Origin: an uncultured Chloroflexia bacterium
GTDB taxonomy: Bacteria > Chloroflexota > Limnocylindria > Limnocylindrales > CSP1-4
Direction: 5' to 3'
DNA length: 64,000 nucleotides
NCBI GenBank assembly: GCA_963819655.1
Contig: CAWFXA010000001.1
Coordinates: 192,001-256,000 of the forward strand
Below are positions 19,947-28,784 of the stretch, in pieces; position 1 is the stretch's first letter, and the number at the start of each line of letters is the position of its first letter. Made by a program: the position numbers and the translations under genes. The notes under the pieces were generated by a model. That model saw nothing but the letters and a program-made list of their open reading frames with translations, was not told where the DNA came from and did no database searches.

Positions 19947-21674
19947 TCAGGCCGCCGTGGCGGCGGCCGCGAACCCGTCGACGAGAAGGGACTCGACCTC
20001 CTCGATCGGGCGCGTCGACCGCTCGCCGGTCGCGCGCTCCGTCACTTCGATCCCACCGGCGGCCAACGAGCGCGGCGACACCGTCAGGATCCAGGGCATG
20101 CCGAGCAGCTCGGCGTCGGTGAACTTGACCCCTGGCGACTCGTCGCGGTCGTCCCACAGGATCTCGTGTCGGGCGCCGGACTCGGCGGCGAGGGAGTGCA
20201 GCCGCTCGGCGACCTCGAGGACGCGCGGATCCTTGGCCGTCCCGATCGACACGAGGTGCGCGGCGTAGGGCGCCACCTCGGCCGGCCACACGATGCCCTT
20301 GTCGTCGTGATGCTCCTCGACGATGCAGGCGACGTTCCGTCCCACCCCGATGCCATACGAGCCCATGACGATGGGGTGTGGCTGGCCATCCTCGCCGAGG
20401 TAGGTCGCGCCGAAGGCATCGGCGAACCTGGTGCCGAGCTTGAAGATGTTGCCGACCTCGATGCCGTTGCGCAGGATGACGGGGCGCCCGCAGTTCGGGC
20501 ACGGATCGCCCTCCTGCGCGTTGGTGATGTCGGCGGTCACGTCGGCCGTGTAGTCGCGACCGGCGTTGACGTTGCGGTAGTGGAAGCCCACCCGGTTCGC
20601 GCCGGCGACGAGGTTCGGGGATCGCGCGACCAGGTCGTCGATGACGACGAACGTCCCGCGTGCGCCGATCGGTGAGCCGTAGCCAGGCTCCATGCCCGCG
20701 GCCTTGATCTCCTCGACCTGCGCCGGCCGGATGCCGCCGACCGCAGCCGCGGCATTCGCGAGCTTCGTCTCGTTGACCTCGTAGTCGCCGCGGACGATGG
20801 CCGTGACGAGCCGCCCGTCGCCGGTCACGAAGAAAGCCGCCTTGGCCGTGCGATCGGCGCCGACCCCGAGGAATGCGGCGAGCGTCGCGATCGTGGTCGT
20901 GCCGGGTGTGGCGACCTCCTCGAGCGGCAGGGGCTCCTCCGCAGGAGGCTCGGGCTTGGGCGACCTGGCAACCTGGCGGTTCGCCGCGTAATCACCGTTC
21001 TCGCACAGCACGAGGACGTCTTCGCCGGCGGGGTTGAGGACCATGAACTCGTGCGCCTGGCTCCCACCCATGATCCCGACATCGGAGCTCACGGCGATGG
21101 TCTTGAGCCCCAGTCGCTCGAAGATCCGGACGTACGCTGCGTGCTGGGCCGCGTAGCTCTCATCGAGCCCGGCCTGGTCCCGGTCGCAGCTGTAGGCATC
21201 CTTCATCACGAACTCGCGGACCCGGATCAGGCCGCCGCGTGCGCGCGGCTCGTCGCGCCATTTGGTCTGGAAGTGATAGACCTGCATCGGCAACTGCCGA
21301 TACGACCGGACGATGTCGGCGAGCAGGAGTCCGACGACCTCTTCGTGGGTCATCGCGAGGACCATCTCGCGACCGTTCCGATCCTTGAACCGCGTCAGCT
21401 CCGCGCCGATGGCCTGGTAGCGTCCGCTCGCCTTCCAGATGTCGGCGGGATGGACGACCGGCATCTCCATCTCCTGGGCGCCGATCCGGTCCTGCTCCTC
21501 GCGGATGACCTGCTCGACACGGTCGTTGACGCGCTTCCCGAGCGGCAGCAGCGAATAGATCCCGGAGCCCAGCTGGCGGACGTAGCCGGCCCGCAGCAGC
21601 AACCTGTGGGATGCCATCTCGGCGTCCGCTGGGTCGTCGCGGAGCGTCGTGAAGAAGAGGTGGGACAGGCGCAT
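19947..21674 (-). CDS. proS: Proline--tRNA ligase (long form with editing domain)
   Basis: SHRLLLRAGY, MTHEE, RDEPRARGGLIRVREF, GIEVGNIFKLG, MGSYGIG. Confidence 0.97.
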   Translation of the reverse strand: MRLSHLFFTTLRDDPADAEMASHRLLLRAGYVRQLGSGIYSLLPLGKRVNDRVEQVIREEQDRIGAQEMEMPVVHPADIWKASGRYQAIGAELTRFKDRNGREMVLAMTHEEVVGLLLADIVRSYRQLPMQVYHFQTKWRDEPRARGGLIRVREFVMKDAYSCDRDQAGLDESYAAQHAAYVRIFERLGLKTIAVSSDVGIMGGSQAHEFMVLNPAGEDVLVLCENGDYAANRQVARSPKPEPPAEEPLPLEEVATPGTTTIATLAAFLGVGADRTAKAAFFVTGDGRLVTAIVRGDYEVNETKLANAAAAVGGIRPAQVEEIKAAGMEPGYGSPIGARGTFVVIDDLVARSPNLVAGANRVGFHYRNVNAGRDYTADVTADITNAQEGDPCPNCGRPVILRNGIEVGNIFKLGTRFADAFGATYLGEDGQPHPIVMGSYGIGVGRNVACIVEEHHDDKGIVWPAEVAPYAAHLVSIGTAKDPRVLEVAERLHSLAAESGARHEILWDDRDESPGVKFTDAELLGMPWILTVSPRSLAAGGIEVTERATGERSTRPIEEVESLLVDGFAAAATAA

Positions 21675-21739
21675 GGCCGCGTAAGGATAGCGGCGGGCGA
21701 CGTGTCGAGAGGGTCAGGCGACCGACGTGTCGCCCGGGC

Positions 21740-22201
21740 TCAGGCCAGCAGTGATTGCCAGGAGGGTCCCGTGGCGCCGTCGCGCAACTCCATCCAGCGC
21801 AGCGCGTAGGCCAGGCGGATCGGGCTCGGGTCGTCGCGCTCTGCGCGGCTCAGGACGAGATGGAACGCCTCGCGGCCGTACGAGGCGGCGAGCATCTGGC
21901 GGCTGCGGACCGGAGCGAGATGGCGCCTGACCAGCTCGACTTCGGCCGCGAACGCCGGCTGTGCCCAGCGTTCCGGGCGCCTGGTCGGATCGCGCAGCGC
22001 GCGGGTGACGCGGAGCGCGTCCAGCGCCAGCGCCCGAGCGGGCGCCGGCACCGGAGCAGGAGGGAAGAGAGCACCCGGAGAGAGGAGGGCTCCGGGGCTC
22101 ATTGCAGGTATGCCGTCGTTGACGCCGCCGGGACGCATCGCCTCGACGGGGTGCATCGTCACGAGATCGATGGCCTCGGGCTGGCGCTGTCGGATCGGCA
22201 T
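21740..22201 (-). CDS. Hypothetical protein downstream of the phoB-like gene (start 22201 or 22102)
   Basis: Open frame with a protein-like C-terminal half (EVELVRRHLAPVRSRQMLAASYGREAFH...AYALRW); preceded by a PHO-box-like array. Confidence 0.55.
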   Translation of the reverse strand: MPIRQRQPEAIDLVTMHPVEAMRPGGVNDGIPAMSPGALLSPGALFPPAPVPAPARALALDALRVTRALRDPTRRPERWAQPAFAAEVELVRRHLAPVRSRQMLAASYGREAFHLVLSRAERDDPSPIRLAYALRWMELRDGATGPSWQSLLA

Positions 22202-22218
22202 GGTCGTAGCGTCCGATC

Positions 22219-22251
22219 GATGTATGAACGCGGCATCAGCGCCGGGTGAAC
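22219..22251 (-). promoter_or_regulatory. Putative PHO box
   Basis: Minus strand GTTCACCCGGC-GCTGATGCCGC-GTTCATACATC; the first unit matches the Streptomyces PhoP GTTCACC consensus. Confidence 0.6.
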
Positions 22252-22272
22252 GTTGAAAGGGCGCCATCCACC

Positions 22273-22968
22273 TCATGTCGGACGGCGGAAGACGTACCCG
22301 ACGCCACGCACGGTGTGGATGAACGCAGGCTGGCCAGGGTCCTCCTCGATCTGGCTGCGCAGCCAGTGGACGTGGACGTCGACCGTGCGCGTCTCGCCTG
22401 CGTAGTCGTAGCCCCACACCTTCTCGAGCAGCTGGTCTCGTGTGAAGACCTGGCCGGGGTTCCGGATCAGGAACGCGAGCAGTTCGAAGGCCTTGGGCTT
22501 GATCGGCAGGACCTCGCCGTCGCGGAGCAGGCGATGGCCGCCGAGGTCCGCCTGGACGCGGCCTAGATCGACGATCGTCGGCGCGGATCCGGTTGCCACG
22601 GACGCTTCCGACCGGCGAAACAATGCCCGGATCCGGGCCGTCAGCTCGCGCAGCGAGAACGGCTTGGTGACGTAATCATCGGCCCCGAGCTCGAGCCCGA
22701 CGACTTTGTCGAGCTCGGAGTCCTTGGCCGTCAGCATCACGATCGGCACGCCGGATTCGGCGCGGATGATGCGGGTCACCTCGATGCCGGACAACTCGGG
22801 AAGCATCAGGTCGAGGAGCACGAGGTCGGGGCGTTCTCCGCGGAACTGCGTCAGGGCCTCGCGCCCATCCGCGGCGGCGATGACCCGGAATCCCTCGGTC
22901 TCGAGCGCGTCGACGATCGTCTCGCGCAAGGTCGGTTCGTCTTCGACGACCAAGATCGTGCGTGCCAT
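22273..22968 (-). CDS. phoB: PhoB/PhoP-like OmpR response regulator (canonical receiver)
   Basis: ILVVEDE, DLVLLDLMLP, GADDYVTKPF, RTVDVHVHWLR, TVRGVGY. The gene symbol is inferred from context. Confidence 0.8.
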   Translation of the reverse strand: MARTILVVEDEPTLRETIVDALETEGFRVIAAADGREALTQFRGERPDLVLLDLMLPELSGIEVTRIIRAESGVPIVMLTAKDSELDKVVGLELGADDYVTKPFSLRELTARIRALFRRSEASVATGSAPTIVDLGRVQADLGGHRLLRDGEVLPIKPKAFELLAFLIRNPGQVFTRDQLLEKVWGYDYAGETRTVDVHVHWLRSQIEEDPGQPAFIHTVRGVGYVFRRPT

Positions 22969-22992
22969 CCACGGCTGAGCATACCGACCGTT

Positions 22993-23025
22993 GTTAACGA
23001 CGCGTTCATGGAAGGTCAATCGTCC
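22993..23025. promoter_or_regulatory. Putative PHO box upstream of the phoB-like gene (autoregulation)
   Basis: GTTAACGACGC-GTTCATGGAAG-GTCAATCGTCC, 11-nt period, next to a minus-strand TATGCT -10 element. Confidence 0.6.
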
Positions 23026-23029
23026 GGAA

Positions 23030-23066
23030 CACACCAGACCGGGTCACACCGGACCGGGTCACACCG
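23030..23066. repeat. 15-nt tandem repeat, 2.5 copies
   Basis: CACACCAGACCGGGT / CACACCGGACCGGGT / CACACCG. Confidence 0.75.
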
Positions 23067-23078
23067 CACGCCCGGGAG

Positions 23079-23468
23079 TCAGCTGCGGTTGCGCAACTCC
23101 TCGGGCAGCTCGCGCCAGTACTCGACGAAGTCGGCGCACCGGCCGTCCCCGTCGAAGCGCAGCAGCCAGACGTTGTAGAAGATCGTCCGCAGCGAGCCGT
23201 CGTCCTCGAGGTAGCGGCTCTGGCCCACGGCCACGGCGCGGTCGCCATCGACCGCATACGGCTCGTAGTGCGCCTCCCAGGATCCCGCCGCATCCGGGTC
23301 GTCGAGCCAGTCGGCGACGATCGCGTCGCGGCCCACGACCGGATCGCGGTACGGCTGGTAGCGGTATCTGGCGTCCTCGGCGAACAGGGCGCCGATCGCG
23401 TCGCGGTCATTGGTCCGCCAGGCATCGACGTAGGCGTCGAGCCAGCGCTGGACGTCATCTCGGGTCAC
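23079..23468 (-). CDS. SnoaL/NTF2-like protein
   Basis: WLDAYVDAW...LFAEDARYR...GRDAIV...FDGDGRCADFVEYW; GAGGAGG SD. Confidence 0.85.
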   Translation of the reverse strand: MTRDDVQRWLDAYVDAWRTNDRDAIGALFAEDARYRYQPYRDPVVGRDAIVADWLDDPDAAGSWEAHYEPYAVDGDRAVAVGQSRYLEDDGSLRTIFYNVWLLRFDGDGRCADFVEYWRELPEELRNRS

Positions 23469-23478
23469 GTGGTCCTCC

Positions 23479-23883
23479 TCAGACGCGATCCGTCGGCCGC
23501 TCGACGTAGAACTCGGTGAACGAGCGGCACCGACCATCCTCGTCGAACTCCAGCAGGTAGGCGTTGTCGAAGGCGGACGTGACGATGGTCTTCGACGTGT
23601 CCGTGTAGTAGCGGCTCCAGCCCACCGCGACGGCACGCGCGTCACCGACGACGAATGGCTCGTAGTGGGCATCCCAGGTGCCCGGCTCGTCGCGGGTCGA
23701 CGCGTCGCCGTCGGGATCGAGCCATGCGCGCACGATCGCGTCTCGCCCGACGAAGCCCGCATCAGACGGGTGGAAGCGATAGCGCGCGTCCGTGCTGAAG
23801 AGCTCGCCGATGGCCTCCGGATCGTCGGCCGCCCAGGCAGCGATGTAGCGGTCGAGCCAGCGTTGCACGTCGTCACGCGTCAT
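23479..23883 (-). CDS. SnoaL/NTF2-like protein (tandem paralog)
   Basis: MTRDDVQRWLDRY...FDEDGRCRSFTEFY; GGAGG SD. Confidence 0.85.
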   Translation of the reverse strand: MTRDDVQRWLDRYIAAWAADDPEAIGELFSTDARYRFHPSDAGFVGRDAIVRAWLDPDGDASTRDEPGTWDAHYEPFVVGDARAVAVGWSRYYTDTSKTIVTSAFDNAYLLEFDEDGRCRSFTEFYVERPTDRV

Positions 23884-23896
23884 CGCCGCACCTCCC

Positions 23897-25384
23897 TCAC
23901 GCGCCATCGAGCACCGCGAGGGCCCGATCGAGACGCGCCAGCACGCGGTCCCGGCCGAGGGCGACGAGCGTGTCGAACAGAGGCGGGGTCGCGGTCCGGC
24001 CCGTGACGGCGACGCGGATCGTCATGAACAGATCGCCGGCCTTCCAGCCGCGCAGTTCTGCCAGGGCGCGCAGCGGCGGTTCGAGCTCGTCCGCCTCGAA
24101 CGACACGGCGCCGACGTCCGCGATCGTTTCGCGGGCCGCCGCCAGTGCGTCCTTCGCCGTCGGGGCGTCCCAGCGCTTGGGGACGAGCATGGCCGGATCG
24201 GCGTCGAGCTCGCCGACCCACAGGAACCCGACGAGGTCGCCGACGGCGCCCAGCGTCGGCAGGCGCTCCTGGATGACAGGCAGCAGGGCACGCAGCTCCT
24301 CATCGCTCGGCATCCACTCGATGCGGCCGGCCGCGAGCTCAGCCTCGATGAACGGACGCAAGCGATCGATCAGGTCGTCCGCCTCGAGGCGGCGGATCCA
24401 TTGCCCGTTCATCCACTCGAGCCGCTCGCGGTCGAAGACCGCCCCGCCCCTGTGGACCTCCTTGATGTCGAAGCGTTTCACCAGCTCGTCGAGCGGCAGG
24501 ATCTCCTCCTCCGTGCCGGTCGACCAGCCGAGCAGGGCGAGGTAGTTGACGAGCGCCTCCTTGATGAAGCCCTGCGCGATGTAGTCGTCGATCGCGGTCT
24601 GGCTCTTGCGCTTGCTCATCTTGGTCCGGTCCGCGTTGAGGATCAGCGGCAGGTGCGCGAACCGCGGCACGTCGTGGCCGAGCGCCCGGAACAGCAGGAT
24701 GTGCTTGGGCGTGTTGGACAGGTGGTCCTCGCCGCGGATCACCTCGCTGATGTCCATCGCCGCGTCGTCGACGACGACCGTGAAGTGGTACAGCGGCGTG
24801 CCATCGGCTCGAACGATGACGAAGTCGCCGCCGAGGTTCGACACGTCGATCTCGACCCGGCCGCGGACGATGTCATCGAAGGCCACGACTCCCTCACCCA
24901 CCCGGAAACGGAGCGCGCCGCGTCGGCCCTCCGCCTCACGGGCGCGACGCTCGTCGGGCGTGAGATGGGCGCACCGGCCGACGTACCTGGGCGCCTGCTT
25001 GGCTGCCTCCTGCGCACGACGGTCGGCCTCGAGCTCTTCCAGCGTGCAGTAGCACGGATAGGCCAGATCGTCTGCCAGCAACCGCTGCGCGGCGGCCGCG
25101 TACGTCGGCAGACGCTCCATCTGGCGGTACGGCGCGTGCGGCCCACGGGCAGGTTCGCCGGCGACCTCCGGCCCCTCATCCCACTCGAGGCCGAGCCAGT
25201 GCAGGCCATCGAGGATGTCCTTCTCGAACTCGACGGTGCTGCGAACCTGGTCGGTGTCCTCGAGTCGCAGGATGAACGTCCCGTCGACGTGCCGCGCGTG
25301 CAGGAAGTTGTAGAGCGCAGTCCGAGCGGTCCCGATGTGGAGCGGCCCGGTCGGGCTCGGCGCGATACGGACCCGCGTGGTCAC
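23897..25384 (-). CDS. gltX: Glutamate--tRNA ligase
   Basis: RIAPSPTG, HIGT, RLEDTD, IRGEDH, KMSKR. Confidence 0.97.
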   Translation of the reverse strand: MTTRVRIAPSPTGPLHIGTARTALYNFLHARHVDGTFILRLEDTDQVRSTVEFEKDILDGLHWLGLEWDEGPEVAGEPARGPHAPYRQMERLPTYAAAAQRLLADDLAYPCYCTLEELEADRRAQEAAKQAPRYVGRCAHLTPDERRAREAEGRRGALRFRVGEGVVAFDDIVRGRVEIDVSNLGGDFVIVRADGTPLYHFTVVVDDAAMDISEVIRGEDHLSNTPKHILLFRALGHDVPRFAHLPLILNADRTKMSKRKSQTAIDDYIAQGFIKEALVNYLALLGWSTGTEEEILPLDELVKRFDIKEVHRGGAVFDRERLEWMNGQWIRRLEADDLIDRLRPFIEAELAAGRIEWMPSDEELRALLPVIQERLPTLGAVGDLVGFLWVGELDADPAMLVPKRWDAPTAKDALAAARETIADVGAVSFEADELEPPLRALAELRGWKAGDLFMTIRVAVTGRTATPPLFDTLVALGRDRVLARLDRALAVLDGA

Positions 25385-26109
25385 GCGCCCGGCACCCGAT
25401 GGAAAAGCGCCGGATCGGCGTCACCGGGCAGGACCCGGACGAGCGCGGCGGGTCGCAGACCGAGGGTCGCGCGACCCAGTGGCCCGTCGAGCGTCAGCGA
25501 ATCCAGCGATTCCGAACGAGCCAGGATCGTGATCGGGGCGCCCGGCTTGAGGGCGCGCGCCTCGAGGTACGAGAGCAGGCCGGCGTCCTCCTCGGCCTCC
25601 TCTGTGATCCGATAGATCGTCGCGTGCGCGCCCGCATCGACCTCAGACAGCCGGATGCCGGCCGGTCGACGACTCGCGGTCGCCGCGTCGATCGGGTTGC
25701 CGTGCGGGCAGATCTCCGGGTGGCCGAGCATCTCGTCGAGACGGGCCTCGACCCGCGGTGAGATGGCGCCCTGGAGCCGCATCGCCTCCTCGTCCGATTC
25801 CGCCCAACCGAGACCGACAACGCTGGTCAACAGCCACTCGAGCAGCGCGTGGCGTCGGAAGATCGCGTCGGCAGCGGCGCGACCTGGGGTCGTGAGTCGC
25901 AGCTCCCGGCCGCCGTCGTGCTCGACGAGGCCGTCGGCACCGAGACGCCGGAACATCTCGCTCGCCGCCTGGGTCGTCACCCCGAGATGGCGGGCGATCT
26001 GAGCCGCGGTGACCCGCGCCCCGTCCTCGGCGCCCGCGCTGACGCGCAATGCCAGCAGGTATTCCTGGGCGGCCGTCGACAGGTCGCGTGGGTCGTTCTT
26101 GCGGGGCAT
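25381..26109 (-). CDS. DtxR/IdeR/MntR-family metal-dependent regulator with a FeoA-like domain
   Basis: QEYLLAL, HTH, RRHALLEWLL, CPHGNPI. Confidence 0.9.
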   Translation of the reverse strand: MPRKNDPRDLSTAAQEYLLALRVSAGAEDGARVTAAQIARHLGVTTQAASEMFRRLGADGLVEHDGGRELRLTTPGRAAADAIFRRHALLEWLLTSVVGLGWAESDEEAMRLQGAISPRVEARLDEMLGHPEICPHGNPIDAATASRRPAGIRLSEVDAGAHATIYRITEEAEEDAGLLSYLEARALKPGAPITILARSESLDSLTLDGPLGRATLGLRPAALVRVLPGDADPALFHRVPGA

Positions 26110-26115
26110 GGTCTT

Positions 26116-27450
26116 TTAGGATACCGGGCGGGCTCTCCGGCGAAACTCGCGCGCAGCGCCGTACGCGAGGCCGGCGACCCAGCCGATGACCATCAGCGCG
26201 CCGAGGATGGTCCGGGCCGTCTGCGTCCCCGCCGGATCGCTTGCGAACAGGAGGACCGCCGTCGGGAACACCATCGCCAGCACGCCGAGCGTGGCATAGG
26301 TCCCCACCCGGGCGAAGCGGGGGACGAGAACGAGCAGCGCGAGCGCCGCCAGCTGCAGTGTCCACGAGACGGGCGCGGCGGCCGGATCGCAGGTCGCCGC
26401 GAAGCGCCCGCAGCCGCTGATCTCGCCGGCACCCCAGCCGATGCCGAGGGCGATCGGTGTCCACGCGATGAACGCCCGCCCGACCCGTGCCGCGATCGAG
26501 GGCCGATCATCGTCGAGCCAGGCCCGGATCGAGGCGACGGCCGCGTCGACGGACAGGTCGTCGACGCCCGGGGGCGCGGTGGCGAGTGGTTGCTGCTGAG
26601 CCCGGGGTGCGGGTCGGGCCGGCGGCCCGTCCGTTCGGGAGCGCGGCGTCGCGGTCGTCTCCCCGGTCGTCGCCTCCCACCACGACGAGGTCGTGTGGGT
26701 CGGTGGGGTGGGCGGGGTCGTCTCGGGCTCGGCCGCCGCGGCGGACGCGGCGGCGTCGACGCCGATCGTGCCCGGGGCATCGGGGGTCTCCGAGGCGGCC
26801 TCGAGCGGCGGCCCCGGACGCCCTTGATCGGGAGGCCGAGCGCCCGCACGTCGTGCCCGTGCCTGGTACTCCGGTCCGTGCTTCCGCGGGTCCGCGTATT
26901 CCTTGGGGTTCAGCGTCCAGTACGTGCCGGAGGTGGTGCCGTACCACGACGCGCCGCCCCAGTCCGGGTCGAACGCCTCGCCCTCGACGCCGTCATATGA
27001 CGTGGATCCAAGCGTGGCCTTCTTCGGCGGGCGTTCCGGGCGGCCCGCGGGGCCGGGCCCGGGCGCTTGGTCAGCTCCCGCGGACTGGTCCGGGCGGGGC
27101 CCCGGTCGGGGTCGTGATCCGGGAGTCGCGCCCGGCCGCGAACGTGGTCGGCCGCCGTATGCACGACGGGTGGCGCCGGCGCGGTCCGGATCGGCATCCC
27201 ACGCTCGTCGTGGCGCGCCTCCCGGGCCGCGGCCGTTCGACCCGCGGTTGCCCCCGTCGGGCCCCGCGATCTGGTCATACGCCGCCTGGATCGCGAGGAA
27301 GCGTGGCAGCGCCGCTTCGCCCGCGGCGTCCGGATGGTTGGCCTTGGCGAGTCGCCGGTACGCCTTCTTGACGTCGTCGAGCGTGGCCCCACGCTCGAGG
27401 CCGAGGGTGCGATAGGGATCGTCGTCGGGGGGCATCAGGTCGGCGGTCAC
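26116..27450 (-). CDS. J-domain protein with a low-complexity linker and C-terminal TM helices
   Basis: DPYRTLGL...KANHPD; WTLNPKEYADPRKHGPEY island; 4 hydrophobic segments. Confidence 0.8.
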   Translation of the reverse strand: MTADLMPPDDDPYRTLGLERGATLDDVKKAYRRLAKANHPDAAGEAALPRFLAIQAAYDQIAGPDGGNRGSNGRGPGGAPRRAWDADPDRAGATRRAYGGRPRSRPGATPGSRPRPGPRPDQSAGADQAPGPGPAGRPERPPKKATLGSTSYDGVEGEAFDPDWGGASWYGTTSGTYWTLNPKEYADPRKHGPEYQARARRAGARPPDQGRPGPPLEAASETPDAPGTIGVDAAASAAAAEPETTPPTPPTHTTSSWWEATTGETTATPRSRTDGPPARPAPRAQQQPLATAPPGVDDLSVDAAVASIRAWLDDDRPSIAARVGRAFIAWTPIALGIGWGAGEISGCGRFAATCDPAAAPVSWTLQLAALALLVLVPRFARVGTYATLGVLAMVFPTAVLLFASDPAGTQTARTILGALMVIGWVAGLAYGAAREFRRRARPVS

Positions 27451-27504
27451 TCCTGGCTCGGCTCGTCGGACATGCTCGACGGTCCCGGGTGAACCGTCCG
27501 ACCG

Positions 27505-28650
27505 TCAGCCGATCAGTTCGCCGACGGGCGCGAGCTCGAATTCCGCGACCGATTCTGCGCCGACGCGCCCGTGCGGGTCGAGGACCGTCGGCCGGTGGTA
27601 GCGGGCGAGCATGCGCAGCTCCTGCCCATCGAGCACGCCGACCTGGCGGAGCGCCTCGACGGACGCCGCCCACGTCCCGCGATCGTAGCCGTCGCCGTCC
27701 TCGATCTTGATGGCCAGGCCCGACGGCGTCTCGAGCTGCGTCCCGGTCCGCGGTCCGGGCAGGATCGCGATCGCGCGGAGGGCCTCCATGCCCGCCTTGC
27801 TGATCAAGCGACCCTCGGCCGCCTTCATCAGCGACGTATCGAGGCGGTCGTGACGACCGGCCACCATCTCGGGGCTCGCGACCATCGCGTCGCGGACGAT
27901 CGTCAACGCGGGAGCCAGCGAGGCACGGCCGTCGCGCTGTCCCACGCTCGATGGGTCGGCCAGGAGTGCGTACGCCTGGGCGACCTCGCGCAGCCGGAAA
28001 CCGAAGGTCTCCACGCCACAGCCGTCGATCGCGGTCTCCAGCCGATCCGGCGACGTGCCGTAGGCCCGCGCCACAGCCGACCGAAAGGCGACCTGGGATG
28101 GATGCTCCGGCTGCCAGTACGTGTCCAGATCCCAGCCCTTGAGTCTCGACAGCAGCAAGGACACCGCGTGCTGTCCGGAGCACATGTGGCGGATCGCGCC
28201 GGCCTTCTCTCCGTCCCGCGCCAGGCGGGCGGCGGTCAGCGAATCGAGCGGCATACCCTCGTTCCCACAGGCCAGGGTGGCCTGCGTGACGCCGGCCCGG
28301 CGGAAGACGCCCTGCAGCGTCCGCACATGGAAGTCCTCGCCCGAATGCGAGCTGGCCATGATCGCGATCTCGGCAGGCTCGAGGTCGAACTCCTCGATCC
28401 CGCCGGCCTCGATAAGCGCCACGACGCCGAAGGGCTTGACGGTCGACCGGAGGGTGACCACCCGCTCGGGATCGCCGAGAGACCGGATGAGGCGGCCGCT
28501 GACGTCAGCTTCGACGATGTCGCCGCGGTGGACGCTCTCCTCGATGCCGTTTCGCAGCTGCCGGACGAGCACGGGGGTATCGGGTCGCACGCGGGCTCGG
28601 CTGCGTGCCCGACCGTTCCGAGGGGTCGCGCGCTCTGCGGCGAGGGTCAC
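27505..28650 (-). CDS. Asparaginase II (Rhizobium-type, class 3) family protein
   Basis: ESVHRG, RSTVKP, SSHSGE, CSGQH, DGCG, SKAGME, KIEDG. Confidence 0.85.
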   Translation of the reverse strand: MTLAAERATPRNGRARSRARVRPDTPVLVRQLRNGIEESVHRGDIVEADVSGRLIRSLGDPERVVTLRSTVKPFGVVALIEAGGIEEFDLEPAEIAIMASSHSGEDFHVRTLQGVFRRAGVTQATLACGNEGMPLDSLTAARLARDGEKAGAIRHMCSGQHAVSLLLSRLKGWDLDTYWQPEHPSQVAFRSAVARAYGTSPDRLETAIDGCGVETFGFRLREVAQAYALLADPSSVGQRDGRASLAPALTIVRDAMVASPEMVAGRHDRLDTSLMKAAEGRLISKAGMEALRAIAILPGPRTGTQLETPSGLAIKIEDGDGYDRGTWAASVEALRQVGVLDGQELRMLARYHRPTVLDPHGRVGAESVAEFELAPVGELIG

Positions 28651-28784
28651 GCACCGAGGATACCGCGCAGCCACCTCGGCGGAGGTGTCGGATGCGTGAC
28701 TTTTCGGTGGGTCGATGGTCCGGCCCGTCGCTGGGCGGTCCGTGCCCCGGACCAGGCACGGGTCTCGCTGGTACCGTCACTGCC

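Noticed and set aside
19254-20675. 473-aa ORF overlapping proS on the opposite strand
   Set aside because: Best explained by a frameshift near 19843; the natural stop is probably 19911.
23079-23876. 265-aa double-SnoaL fusion
   Set aside because: The two SnoaL genes are in different frames, each with its own SD and stop.
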